From positions 248,001 through 312,000 of the forward strand of contig OZ218956.1 of the NCBI GenBank assembly GCA_965112735.1: a stretch of DNA of 64,000 nucleotides. The letters run 5' to 3'. Origin of the DNA: Phaeosaccion multiseriatum (taxonomy: Eukaryota > Protista > Ochrophyta, other classes). Below are positions 13,201 to 25,936 of the stretch, in pieces (the stretch's first letter is position 1; each line of letters starts with the position of its first letter). Under the pieces are notes generated by a model. That model made no database searches. It saw only the letters and a list, made by a program, of their open reading frames with translations, and had not been told where the DNA came from. The translations under genes were made by a program, and so were the position numbers.

Positions 13201-14988
13201 CAGGGCTACGAGCCGGAGTTCGCCTTGGTGGTGTCCGCCGAGGGCTCGGAGGGGGGCGGCAGCGGCCACGGCCTCATCGTGTGGTGCGACGGACTCACAG
13301 GGGCGGAGAAGGAGTCGCTGGAGGTGGTCGGAGGTATCGAGAGGGTGGTGCCGCTCGACTTGCAGGATGGAGAGGACAGGCAGGTGTTGCTCGTGGTCAA
13401 CAGGTGAGTGCACGTGTTGGTTATCTCTATCTTATCTGTGAGGCGTGAGGCGGGAGGCGGGAGTGGGAGGGGGTCTTTCCACAGCTGTTGCTTGCATAGG
13501 GTTCCAGTCCAGTCCGGTCCGTCGGATGTGTTGTTGGGTGTAGCTTCACCGAGGCTCTTCACGCACAAAAAGTACAACTTGTTCTTCGCTTGTCCTGACT
13601 CTACTGCTGAAGCATGCTGCATATACTGGGGCCGACGCTTAATTCGGAAGCACAACCCAAAGGGCTCTGTCTACACCTTGGCCACTGTCCTCCTTAACTT
13701 GGGCCCCTCCAAAACACACAATCCACAACACACACACCCCAGGCAAGGAGAAGTGACGCTGGCGCCCGCCACCCCGGAGACATACGCTCAGCTGGCGACG
13801 CTGGCGGGGAGAGGGGCAGGCTCCCCCGGGGGGGGCAAGGCCGGCAAGGGCCTGTTCTATCACCGCCTCACGCTGGCCGGCAGGGCACAGGACCTACTCA
13901 CCCTCAGCGACGACGACGAGGACGACGCGGGCAGCCGCCAGCAGCCCTTCAGCCAGCTCACCACGTACACAGTGGCCCTCTCGGAGGAGGGGGAGGAGGA
14001 GGCATCAGGGCCCCCCTTCCGCGCCTTTCCCGTTGGGTCGCTTGCCCTCCCTTCGAGCGAGGTGGTGGTGGCTACAGCCTACCCGAGTCGAAAAGAAGTG
14101 GTGCAGACGCCCGCACACGTGCTCGGAGACGCCTCCCTGCTGCTCAAGTACCTCAATCCTCACCTCATGCTCCTGGCCACACTGGACAGCGCCCGGCCCG
14201 CCGCCGACACCTTCTCTGCTGGCGGGGGAAAGGTGGGGCACCGCCTCAGCATCCTCCTGGTGGACAATGTGTCGGCAAGGGTGCTTCATCGGGTGCAGCA
14301 CGAGCACGCTGGTGGCCCCGTGCACGCCGTCTTGTCTGAGAACTGGGCGGTGTACACGTACTGGAATGTCAAGGCCAACCGCCAGGAGGTCGGGGCAGTG
14401 AGTCTGTACGAGGGCATGGTGGAGAAGCGCGGCCTCAGCCCCGTGCAGCGCCCAGACTTTGCGCCCGAGTTCAGCAGCCTCGAGTCTCAACCACCAATCG
14501 CCCTGCAAAAGACCTTCATCTTCCCCCACGCCGTGACTGCCCTGGGCACCACCGTTACCGCACACGGAGTCACGCGCACGGCCGTCCTCTTCGCTTATCG
14601 CGGCGGGCAGATTGTGAGCGTAGACCGCACCTGGCTGGACCCGCGCCGCCCTACTGGCGAGGCCACAAAGGCCGAGAAGGTGGAGCGACTTGTGCAGTAC
14701 TCACCTTTCTTGCCCGTAGCCCCTGGGGCCGTCATCACGCACAGCCGGGTGGTGGAGGGCTTGGCCAAGCTGTACAGCGAGCCCACCGTCGTGGAGAGCA
14801 CCAGCCTAATCCTCGGTGTGGGCCTGGACCTGTTCGGCACTCGCGTGGTGCCCTCGCGCCCCTTCGACCTGCTGTCCTCGGAGTTCAACTACAGCTTCCT
14901 GTGCATTGTCGTGGTGGCCCTTGTGGTGGTGGCGGGCATGGCCGACCGTTTCGTCAAACAGAGGGCCCTGCTCGCGGCCTGGGCGTGA
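10218..14988 (+). CDS. EMC1: ER membrane protein complex subunit 1, multi-exon
   Basis: Signal peptide followed by LVRDEVGIIDWHKRNIG; beta-propeller segments; WEREESL; FGFKKL; C-terminal VLGDASLLLKYLNPH, SENWAVYTYW, LDPRRP, ESTSLILGVGLDLF...PSRPFDLLSSEFNY, then a TM helix and LLAAWA*. Confidence 0.93.
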
Positions 14989-15445
14989 GGGAGGGGCTTT
15001 TGTTCTTCTCTACGAATGCACTACAGCGCTTTGGATAGCGCGGAGGGATTGGCTGCAGTGGCGGGGCAGCTGAGGAGGACGCGAGGGAGGGGATGGGGCT
15101 AACGTGTGGCAAAGCGTTCCAACACTGGGAAATGCCTCTTTCTTTTTAGTTAGAATCAATTAATTTTAAAAAGAGTATGCTAATGCTACGCTGTTTTTAT
15201 AACTTCCTGCTCTGATGTTTGAGCACCTTGCTTGGGTGGCACAACACACCACGGAGCGTGTGCGATCTATCCTCCCTGACCTAACTGCTCTTGAAACTGT
15301 TCCTGAGAACCCCCCCCCCCCCTCCCTTCTTATAGCAATCCAAACCCCACCACCAAGAGGGCGGCCGCAAACTTGCCGAATGAATTGGCACAGTCTTGCT
15401 GAAGGCAAAACTCACCACTCAGGCTCCTCTGTCCTTCGTACTCGC

Positions 15446-17221
15446 TCACGCCTCCCACACGTTACGCTTTACGTAGAGCATAAACTGAACCAGGCTATCA
15501 AAAACGGAAATGGCATGCTGCACATCTCCCGGCACTGTTCCCTCCCTGAGAACATTGCCCTGCGTCTCCCAGCCGAACATGCCCATGTTAAGGTGGCCTT
15601 CCTTGAGAGCGCACACGGGTATGCCGTACTTGTAGCTCTGCGATTCCGCCGCGCCAAGCTTCTTGAGGAAGGGGATGACCATCCGGCCCTTCCCATCGGG
15701 CTGGAGCACGAGGTCCTGGAGCTCTTCGCGCACGGAAGCTTTGGGAAACGCTTGCTTTGTCATCTCGTCCGTCCCCCCGGCATTGGCGGAGACTACTGTC
15801 TTCATGAGCATGACGAAGTCAGCGACGAAGCTCGACATCGCCTTGGTGGCGCCATGCTTGCTGATCTTAATCTTGTTGACCAGGACGGGCAGCAAGACGG
15901 GCGCCTTCTTGAGGACGAAGGGGCCGAGTTCCTTTTGGAACCTGGCTCTTTCTTCGTTGGAGGAGTCCTTCCATTTTTTTCCAAGTGCCTGTTCCAACGA
16001 CGACCACTCCCTCCTCCACTCAAGCCACTTGGGCAGCACGTCGTTGAACATAGTGTGCACGCTCTGGAGGCTGTACCAGTCTGGATCGGCAGGAACTGCA
16101 AATGCACTGGTAGCCATGACGGCCGCCTGGTTCAGGCTGCCCGAGCTCGGACCCACATCCACGATGATGACGTCAAAGGCACCGTACTCGGCGAGGTAGT
16201 CGAACAGCCTGCGAAAGGCGCCGTTCCTGACGATGGCAGTCGTGGGCTCCTTCGAGACCTCCGAGAGCGTCTCAGCGTATTGGATGAGCTTGGGGCTGCC
16301 CGGCAGGATGAAGAGCCGCTCGCCGATGGAGTGCGGGGAGGTGCTCGACTTGATCGGATCAGAGATCCTGTACAGGGACACTCCCTCCGCGAGGAAGGCG
16401 CCCTTATCGCCTTCCATGATGGGCTGCAATACCTTGGCAATGTCGGGCCCGAGGCATCCTCGGTGCGAGCTGGAGATTTGCTCCATATCGAAGTTGCATT
16501 CCGCCTCCGTGTTGAGAGGGATGGAGCGAATCTCCGGTGGACCGTCCTGGACCTGGCCAGTAGCAGCAGCAGGACTGGCAGTGGCCGTGGAAGGCCTGTC
16601 CTCCTCCTCCCCGTCCTCCTCGGGTTCCACATCTTGAATGTCGTCCGCCAAAAGGCCCGTGATGTTGGTCTGCGGGTCCAGGTCCACAATGCACACTCTA
16701 CAGCGGTTGGCCGCGAACTGCCAGGCCAAATTGGCTGTCAGTGTGGAATCGCCATTGAAACAGAAGAGAGAGAGAGTGAGTGGGAACTTAGAATAGGATA
16801 GAGCAGGGCTCGGCAGCAAATGACACTCACTTGTGGTGGTGGACTTCCCTGAGCCACCCTGCGTAGATGCAGTCAGCAGTGGAACAGGCAGGGGCCAGGG
16901 GAGGGGTCAGCAAGGCCAACAAGAAGGGGAGGAGGGGAAGGAAGATCACTCAATCACCTTGAAAGTGTAGTGGGTGAGGACGAAGGCTGGGTGGCGGTGG
17001 CTGGAGGAGACGTGCGCCTTCACCTCCGGCCCCTGTCCACCATTGCGCCCATTCAGATTGGGCAAGTAGTCTGGATCGATGACAACGCACTCGCCCTTGT
17101 TGGACCGGGATCCTTTGCTCTTCTTCCTACTCTTCTGGGGCGTTGGGGCCCGCCGTTTGCCCTTCTTGTTCGACGACCCTCCGGCCCCCTTTCCCTTCTC
17201 GTTGGGAGATCCGCCATCCAT
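15446..17221 (-). CDS. ParA/Soj-family (MinD/ParA deviant Walker A) ATPase, copy 1; 3 exons, ~526 aa
   Basis: Exons 17221-16958, 16858-16831 (28 nt) and 16734-15446 splice to ...HYTFK-GGSGKSTTT-TNLAWQ... Walker A' IVDLDPQTN, Walker B FDVIIVDVGPS and the downstream LNQAAVMATSAFAVPADPDWYSLQSV are all present. Confidence 0.88.
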
Positions 17222-17511
17222 GATGTTTCCTTCTGCCCCCTGCAGCGATGCAGCTGCCCCGGCCCTGTCTGACTTTTTTTGTTTTTTGTTAAATCTTACT
17301 CTTTCCCCTTCCTAGTGGAATTAAAGAGCTCCGGGTCGACAAGGGAAGGGAATGCACGCATTCTAGCAGCTTCCCCTGCTGCCTGCTGGAAAATATAGTT
17401 CGGATTTGAGGAGTCAAGTGCGGGCAAGCGCAGACGGAAGGAGCGAGAACCAGACGAGAAAAAGCCTAATTGCTTACGGAGGAAAGATCTCCTGCTAGGA
17501 AAGAACTATCG

Positions 17512-17714
17512 CACGTGAAGAGGTCAACACGTGCGCACTATGACCACGTAGAGCCTATGGGCAGACGGAGCTCAGTAGCTCCACAGTCATTGCCCCCCCC
17601 TATCGTACAGAATGCTCTGAGCAGACGGAGCTAAGTAAAATAAATAAATAAATAAAACAAACTAACATTAGTATGGGCTAATGATGTGCATTATTAGCCC
17701 CCCATCATTAGCCC
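17512..17714. promoter_or_regulatory. Putative bidirectional ParA/kinase promoter elements
   Basis: CACGTG at 17512 and 17528; direct repeat GCAGACGGAGCT(C/A)AGTA at 17561 and 17621; inverted repeat GGGCTAATGATG (17675) against CATTATTAGCCC (17689) and CATCATTAGCCC (17703). Present in all six units. Confidence 0.35.
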
Positions 17715-18057
17715 CCCTTGCTCATAAGCCCTCCTTGCTCCCACACTCATTCAGAAGGCAGCACCAAAAAAAAATAAAAATCAAAATCGCTCGTTGACTT
17801 ACTATGCCGTCACCGTCGTCGGACAAATTCAAACTAATCTGCTTCCCCAACTGCCTTGTCTGCTTCTTTGCGCACCACCCGCGTTTCTTTATGAGGTGGT
17901 ACAGCTTCTCACTTCGAGACCTCGTCGGTCGAATGAGTTTGAAGCCAGGAGAAGCCACAGCAACGAAAATGTTACCGTAACGGAGCAATTGGAAGGAGCT
18001 TTGGAGGGGAGAAGAAGGAGGAGGACGGGACAGCAATAGTAGTAGCTAATATCGTAT

Positions 18058-19995
18058 ATGAGGGATGTAAACGTTGCAACTCCGCCACTGGACCGCAGAA
18101 GGCTGCGTACACCGGAAGGAAAGCACAGCAAGAGGGACTTCAATACAGCAACTCCTCCACAAGACCGCAGAAGGCTGCGTACACCGGTGCGAGGAGGGCG
18201 CAGCAGGGGGGATATGAAGGCCGCAACACCGCCGGCCAATGGAGGATCCCATGTTGTTCCACCTTCGCCAGAGGAGACAGTGATGCCGTGCTCCCTGGAG
18301 CAGTACCATGTCATCGAGCGCATCGGGGAAGGGTCCTTTGGAAAGGTGTATATATAGAGGGCCGAAGGAAGTACACCGGCCAGACCGTTGCTCTCAAGTT
18401 CATTAGCAAGCACGGCAAGACCGCCAAGGAGATTCGCAGCCTGCGACAAGAGATTTCCATCCTACGCGAGCTTGATCACGAGCACATCATCCTCATGCTC
18501 GACGCCTTCGAGACGGAGCGGGACTTCTGTGTAGTGACGGAGTACGCGCAAGGGGAGCTGTTCGACATCCTCAAGGACGACCTCACCCTCCCGGAGGAAA
18601 AGGTGCAGGTCATCGCCAAGCAACTTGTGCAGGCCCTGCACTACTTGCACAGCAAGCGCGTCATCCACAGAGACATGAAGCCACAGAATATTCTCATCGG
18701 GGCCCACGGAAGGGTCAAGCTCTGCGACTTTGGCTTTGCTCGGTGAGGACGCGACTGACTGACTGACTGACTGGCTGAGTGACTGAGTGACTCACTGACT
18801 CACTGACTCACTGACTCACTGACTCACTGACTGACACCCCATCGCCCCCCCTCGCAGGTCCATGAGCACCGACACTCTCGTCCTGACGAGCATCAAAGGC
18901 ACGCCTCTGTACATGGCCCCTGAGCTTGTGCGGGAGCGCCCCTACGACGAGACGGCGGACCTGTGGTCACTCGGAGTGATCCTCTACGAGCTGGCCGTGG
19001 GGAAGCCGCCCTTCTACACCACCTCGCTCTACAGCCTCATCAATCTCATCGTCAAGGACGATGTTTCCTACCCCGTCTCCCTCGGGGCCGCCTTCAAGTC
19101 CTTCCTGCAGGGGCTGCTGCACAAGGATCCCCGGCGACGGCTCACGTGGCCGACTCTGCTGGACCATCCCTTCGTCTGCGAGCAGGGGGGCAGAGGAGGC
19201 AGGTGAGGGGGAAGAGAAGCAAAGGGGTCGACGAGCGCACTCTGGACTGGGGAAGCTTTTTGTTCCGAAGGACAGGCTAAGGAGGCAAGAGGAGTGCTCG
19301 CCGAAGGTGGTGGTGCTCACAGAAGGTCATGATGATGATGATGACCGTGATGATGAGGGGGAGAAGGAGAACAGAGAGAAGAGAGAGAGCGAGGCCATGA
19401 CGAGTAGTAGAAGGACTGCTCGTGATGATGATTATAGTGGTGATTTTGTTGCTGCTGCACCTAGCAACGCCCCAGCACGTGCTCCTAGGGAGACAGAGGA
19501 GGAGGAGGAAGAGGAAGAGGGCGGAGAGATGTTCGGTGTCCGCTCGGGCCCTGGGGGGGCAGGGCCACTTCCGCAGCCAGCTGAGGCACGTGCTCGAGGG
19601 GCACCAGTTGGTGGTACGTCAGTTGGTGGTACGTCAGTTGGTGGTACGGCAGAGGGGCTGCATGAGGTGCGGCGGGAGGGGGCAGGAGCCGAGTCGGCGG
19701 AAGGAGGAGGGGCGGCGGCACAGGGATATGCATGAGGAAGGTCGTGAGGATTAGGACCACGACAAGGAGGAGCAGGAGGGGGAGGAGGAAGGAGATGTGC
19801 TGCTGCAAGCCCTTCGAACGGCAAGGAGGGTGGCAGGGGCATGCGTCGGGCTTCACAGTTGCAGCGGGCTCGACCGTACCCAAGGGGAGATTCCCCAGGG
19901 AGGCAGCAGCAGCCTCGACCCCGGGGTGAGGGGCGGGGAGGAAGACGAAGACGCTGCTGCCGCCGACCTGTTTGCGTCTTTCAGGGCACTTTTCC
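18058..19995 (+). pseudogene. Truncated, frameshifted Fused/STK36 kinase fragment, copy 1
   Basis: Compared with the intact gene at 43037: TATA and C insertions after GEGSFGKVY create TAG at 18355-18357; an 86-bp deletion with AGAGG microhomology; truncation at the unit junction. Confidence 0.9.
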
Positions 19996-19996
19996 T

Positions 19997-20233
19997 GTGG
20001 AGGGCCTGGCTAAGCTGTACAGCGAGCCCACCGTCGTGGAGAGCACCAGCCTCATCCTCGGTGTGGGCCTGGACCTGTTCGGCACTCGCGTGGTGCCCTC
20101 GCGCCCCTTCGACCTGCTGTCCTCGGAGTTCAACTACAGCTTCCTGTGCATTGTCGTGGTGGCCCTTGTGGTGGTGGCGGGCATGGCCGACCGTTTCGTC
20201 AAACAGAGGGCCCTGCTCGCGGCCTGGGCGTGA
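19997..20233 (+). pseudogene. Duplicated EMC1 3' tail fragment (also at 25242-25478, 30490-30726, 35736-35972, 40983-41219)
   Basis: Last 78 codons of EMC1 (VEGLAKLY...LLAAWA*) with three synonymous differences from the native gene; no promoter or start of its own. Confidence 0.9.
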
Positions 20234-20691
20234 GGGAGGGGCTTTTGTTCTTCTCTACGAATGCACTACAGCGCTTTGGATAGCGCGGAGGGATTGGCTG
20301 CAGTGGCGGGGCAGCTGAGGAGGACGCGAGGGAGGGGATGGGGCTAACGTGTGGCAAAGCGTTCCAACACTGGGAAATGCCTCTTTCTTTTTAGTTAGAA
20401 TCAATTAATTTTAAAAAGAGTATGCTAATGCTACGCTGTTTTTATAACTTCCTGCTCTGATGTTTGAGCACCTTGCTTGGGTGGCACAACACACCACGGA
20501 GCGTGTGCGATCTATCCTCCCTGACCTAACTGCTCTTGAAACTGTTCCTGAGAACCCCCCCCCCCCCCTCCCTTCTTATAGCAATCCAAACCCCACCACC
20601 AAGAGGGCGGCCGCAAACTTGCCGAATGAATTGGCACAGTCTTGCTGAAGGCAAAACTCACCACTCAGGCTCCTCTGTCCTTCGTACTCGC

Positions 20692-22468
20692 TCACGCCTC
20701 CCACACGTTACGCTTTACGTAGAGCATAAACTGAACCAGGCTATCAAAAACGGAAATGGCATGCTGCACATCTCCCGGCACTGTTCCCTCCCTGAGAACA
20801 TTGCCCTGCGTCTCCCAGCCGAACATGCCCATGTTAAGGTGGCCTTCCTTGAGAGCGCACACGGGTATGCCGTACTTGTAGCTCTGCGATTCCGCCGCGC
20901 CAAGCTTCTTGAGGAAGGGGATGACCATCCGGCCCTTCCCATCGGGCTGGAGCACGAGGTCCTGGAGCTCTTCGCGCACGGAAGCTTTGGGAAACGCTTG
21001 CTTTGTCATCTCGTCCGTCCCCCCGGCATTGGCGGAGACTACTGTCTTCATGAGCATGACGAAGTCAGCGACGAAGCTCGACATCGCCTTGGTGGCGCCA
21101 TGCTTGCTGATCTTAATCTTGTTGACCAGGACGGGCAGCAAGACGGGCGCCTTCTTGAGGACGAAGGGGCCGAGTTCCTTTTGGAACCTGGCTCTTTCTT
21201 CGTTGGAGGAGTCCTTCCATTTTTTTCCAAGTGCCTGTTCCAACGACGACCACTCCCTCCTCCACTCAAGCCACTTGGGCAGCACGTCGTTGAACATAGT
21301 GTGCACGCTCTGGAGGCTGTACCAGTCTGGATCGGCAGGAACTGCAAATGCACTGGTAGCCATGACGGCCGCCTGGTTCAGGCTGCCCGAGCTCGGACCC
21401 ACATCCACGATGATGACGTCAAAGGCACCGTACTCGGCGAGGTAGTCGAACAGCCTGCGAAAGGCGCCGTTCCTGACGATGGCAGTCGTGGGCTCCTTCG
21501 AGACCTCCGAGAGCGTCTCAGCGTATTGGATGAGCTTGGGGCTGCCCGGCAGGATGAAGAGCCGCTCGCCGATGGAGTGCGGGGAGGTGCTCGACTTGAT
21601 CGGATCAGAGATCCTGTACAGGGACACTCCCTCCGCGAGGAAGGCGCCCTTATCGCCTTCCATGATGGGCTGCAATACCTTTGGCAATGTCGGGCCCGAG
21701 GCATCCTCGGTGCGAGCTGGAGATTTGCTCCATATCGAAGTTGCATTCCGCCTCCGTGTTGAGAGGGATGGAGCGAATCTCCGGTGGACCGTCCTGGACC
21801 TGGCCAGTAGCAGCAGCAGGACTGGCAGTGGCCGTGGAAGGCCTGTCCTCCTCCTCCCCGTCCTCCTCGGGTTCCACATCTTGAATGTCGTCCGCCAAAA
21901 GGCCCGTGATGTTGGTCTGCGGGTCCAGGTCCACAATGCACACTCTACAGCGGTTGGCCGCGAACTGCCAGGCCAAATTGGCTGTCAGTGTGGAATCGCC
22001 ATTGAAACAGAAGAGAGAGAGAGTGAGTGGGAACTTAGAATAGGATAGAGCAGGGCTCGGCAGCAAATGACACTCACTTGTGGTGGTGGACTTCCCTGAG
22101 CCACCCTGCGTAGATGCAGTCAGCAGTGGAACAGGCAGGGGCCAGGGGAGGGGTCAGCAAGGCCAACAAGAAGGGGAGGAGGGGAAGGAAGATCACTCAA
22201 TCACCTTGAAAGTGTAGTGGGTGAGGACGAAGGCTGGGTGGCGGTGGCTGGAGGAGACGTGCGCCTTCACCTCCGGCCCCTGTCCACCATTGCGCCCATT
22301 CAGATTGGGCAAGTAGTCTGGATCGATGACAACGCACTCGCCCTTGTTGGACCGGGATCCTTTGCTCTTCTTCCTACTCTTCTGGGGCGTTGGGGCCCGC
22401 CGTTTGCCCTTCTTGTTCGACGACCCTCCGGCCCCCTTTCCCTTCTCGTTGGGAGATCCGCCATCCAT
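20692..22468 (-). CDS. ParA-like ATPase, copy 2 (1-nt insertion frameshift near 21681; sequencing error or new pseudogene)
   Basis: Identical to copy 1 except TACCTTTGG versus TACCTTGG, which splits exon 3 into ORFs 21650..22066 and 20692..21936. Confidence 0.7.
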
Positions 22469-23302
22469 GATGTTTCCTTCTGCCCCCTGCAGCGATGCAG
22501 CTGCCCCGGCCCTGTCTGACTTTTTTTGTTTTTTGTTAAATCTTACTCTTTCCCCTTCCTAGTGGAATTAAAGAGCTCCGGGTCGACAAGGGAAGGGAAT
22601 GCACGCATTCTAGCAGCTTCCCCTGCTGCCTGCTGGAAAATATAGTTCGGATTTGAGGAGTCAAGTGCGGGCAAGCGCAGACGGAAGGAGCGAGAACCAG
22701 ACGAGAAAAAGCCTAATTGCTTACGGAGGAAAGATCTCCTGCTAGGAAAGAACTATCGCACGTGAAGAGGTCAACACGTGCGCACTATGACCACGTAGAG
22801 CCTATGGGCAGACGGAGCTCAGTAGCTCCACAGTCATTGCCCCCCTATCGTACAGAATGCTCTGAGCAGACGGAGCTAAGTAAAATAAATAAATAAATAA
22901 AACAAACTAACATTAGTATGGGCTAATGATGTGCATTATTAGCCCCCCATCATTAGCCCCCCTTGCTCATAAGCCCTCCTTGCTCCCACACTCATTCAGA
23001 AGGCAGCACCAAAAAAAAATAAAAATCAAAATCGCTCGTTGACTTACTATGCCGTCACCGTCGTCGGACAAATTCAAACTAATCTGCTTCCCCAACTGCC
23101 TTGTCTGCTTCTTTGCGCACCACCCGCGTTTCTTTATGAGGTGGTACAGCTTCTCACTTCGAGACCTCGTCGGTCGAATGAGTTTGAAGCCAGGAGAAGC
23201 CACAGCAACGAAAATGTTACCGTAACGGAGCAATTGGAAGGAGCTTTGGAGGGGAGAAGAAGGAGGAGGACGGGACAGCAATAGTAGTAGCTAATATCGT
23301 AT

Positions 23303-25240
23303 ATGAGGGATGTAAACGTTGCAACTCCGCCACTGGACCGCAGAAGGCTGCGTACACCGGAAGGAAAGCACAGCAAGAGGGACTTCAATACAGCAACTCC
23401 TCCACAAGACCGCAGAAGGCTGCGTACACCGGTGCGAGGAGGGCGCAGCAGGGGGGATATGAAGGCCGCAACACCGCCGGCCAATGGAGGATCCCATGTT
23501 GTTCCACCTTCGCCAGAGGAGACAGTGATGCCGTGCTCCCTGGAGCAGTACCATGTCATCGAGCGCATCGGGGAAGGGTCCTTTGGAAAGGTGTATATAT
23601 AGAGGGCCGAAGGAAGTACACCGGCCAGACCGTTGCTCTCAAGTTCATTAGCAAGCACGGCAAGACCGCCAAGGAGATTCGCAGCCTGCGACAAGAGATT
23701 TCCATCCTACGCGAGCTTGATCACGAGCACATCATCCTCATGCTCGACGCCTTCGAGACGGAGCGGGACTTCTGTGTAGTGACGGAGTACGCGCAAGGGG
23801 AGCTGTTCGACATCCTCAAGGACGACCTCACCCTCCCGGAGGAAAAGGTGCAGGTCATCGCCAAGCAACTTGTGCAGGCCCTGCACTACTTGCACAGCAA
23901 GCGCGTCATCCACAGAGACATGAAGCCACAGAATATTCTCATCGGGGCCCACGGAAGGGTCAAGCTCTGCGACTTTGGCTTTGCTCGGTGAGGACGCGAC
24001 TGACTGACTGACTGACTGGCTGAGTGACTGAGTGACTCACTGACTCACTGACTCACTGACTCACTGACTCACTGACTGACACCCCATCGCCCCCCCTCGC
24101 AGGTCCATGAGCACCGACACTCTCGTCCTGACGAGCATCAAAGGCACGCCTCTGTACATGGCCCCTGAGCTTGTGCGGGAGCGCCCCTACGACGAGACGG
24201 CGGACCTGTGGTCACTCGGAGTGATCCTCTACGAGCTGGCCGTGGGGAAGCCGCCCTTCTACACCACCTCGCTCTACAGCCTCATCAATCTCATCGTCAA
24301 GGACGATGTTTCCTACCCCGTCTCCCTCGGGGCCGCCTTCAAGTCCTTCCTGCAGGGGCTGCTGCACAAGGATCCCCGGCGACGGCTCACGTGGCCGACT
24401 CTGCTGGACCATCCCTTCGTCTGCGAGCAGGGGGGCAGAGGAGGCAGGTGAGGGGGGAAGAGAAGCAAAGGGGTCGACGAGCGCACTCTGGACTGGGGAA
24501 GCTTTTTGTTCCGAAGGACAGGCTAAGGAGGCAAGAGGAGTGCTCGCCGAAGGTGGTGGTGCTCACAGAAGGTCATGATGATGATGATGACCGTGATGAT
24601 GAGGGGGAGAAGGAGAACAGAGAGAAGAGAGAGAGCGAGGCCATGACGAGTAGTAGAAGGACTGCTCGTGATGATGATTATAGTGGTGATTTTGTTGCTG
24701 CTGCACCTAGCAACGCCCCAGCACGTGCTCCTAGGGAGACAGAGGAGGAGGAGGAAGAGGAAGAGGGCGGAGAGATGTTCGGTGTCCGCTCGGGCCCTGG
24801 GGGGGCAGGGCCACTTCCGCAGCCAGCTGAGGCACGTGCTCGAGGGGCACCAGTTGGTGGTACGTCAGTTGGTGGTACGTCAGTTGGTGGTACGGCAGAG
24901 GGGCTGCATGAGGTGCGGCGGGAGGGGGCAGGAGCCGAGTCGGCGGAAGGAGGAGGGGCGGCGGCACAGGGATATGCATGAGGAAGGTCGTGAGGATTAG
25001 GACCACGACAAGGAGGAGCAGGAGGGGGAGGAGGAAGGAGATGTGCTGCTGCAAGCCCTTCGAACGGCAAGGAGGGTGGCAGGGGCATGCGTCGGGCTTC
25101 ACAGTTGCAGCGGGCTCGACCGTACCCAAGGGGAGATTCCCCAGGGAGGCAGCAGCAGCCTCGACCCCGGGGTGAGGGCGGGGAGGAAGACGAAGACGCT
25201 GCTGCCGCCGACCTGTTTGCGTCTTTCAGGGCACTTTTCC
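23303..25240 (+). pseudogene. Truncated Fused/STK36 kinase fragment, copy 2
   Basis: Same premature TAG (23600-23602) and deletion as copy 1. Confidence 0.9.
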
Positions 25241-25936
25241 TGTGGAGGGCCTGGCTAAGCTGTACAGCGAGCCCACCGTCGTGGAGAGCACCAGCCTCAT
25301 CCTCGGTGTGGGCCTGGACCTGTTCGGCACTCGCGTGGTGCCCTCGCGCCCCTTCGACCTGCTGTCCTCGGAGTTCAACTACAGCTTCCTGTGCATTGTC
25401 GTGGTGGCCCTTGTGGTGGTGGCGGGCATGGCCGACCGTTTCGTCAAACAGAGGGCCCTGCTCGCGGCCTGGGCGTGAGGGAGGGGCTTTTGTTCTTCTC
25501 TACGAATGCACTACAGCGCTTTGGATAGCGCGGAGGGATTGGCTGCAGTGGCGGGGCAGCTGAGGAGGACGCGAGGGAGGGGATGGGGCTAACGTGTGGC
25601 AAAGCGTTCCAACACTGGGAAATGCCTCTTTCTTTTTAGTTAGAATCAATTAATTTTAAAAAGAGTATGCTAATGCTACGCTGTTTTTATAACTTCCTGC
25701 TCTGATGTTTGAGCACCTTGCTTGGGTGGCACAACACACCACGGAGCGTGTGCGATCTATCCTCCCTGACCTAACTGCTCTTGAAACTGTTCCTGAGAAC
25801 CCCCCCCCCCCCCTCCCTTCTTATAGCAATCCAAACCCCACCACCAAGAGGGCGGCCGCAAACTTGCCGAATGAATTGGCACAGTCTTGCTGAAGGCAAA
25901 ACTCACCACTCAGGCTCCTCTGTCCTTCGTACTCGC

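Noticed and set aside
15215-16801. 528-aa plus-strand ORF (and 503-aa equivalents in other units)
   Set aside because: Antisense shadow of the GC3-rich ParA exon; no recognisable motifs, and its start varies with a homopolymer length.
16735-16819. ORF-track start MLPSPALSYSKF for ParA
   Set aside because: It is a TTG inside the stop-free 96-nt intron 2; using it would omit the Walker A motif.
19841-20233. Functional kinase-EMC1 fusion protein
   Set aside because: The kinase part has an early stop and the junction is out of frame with the kinase; the 130-aa ORF uses a non-kinase frame.
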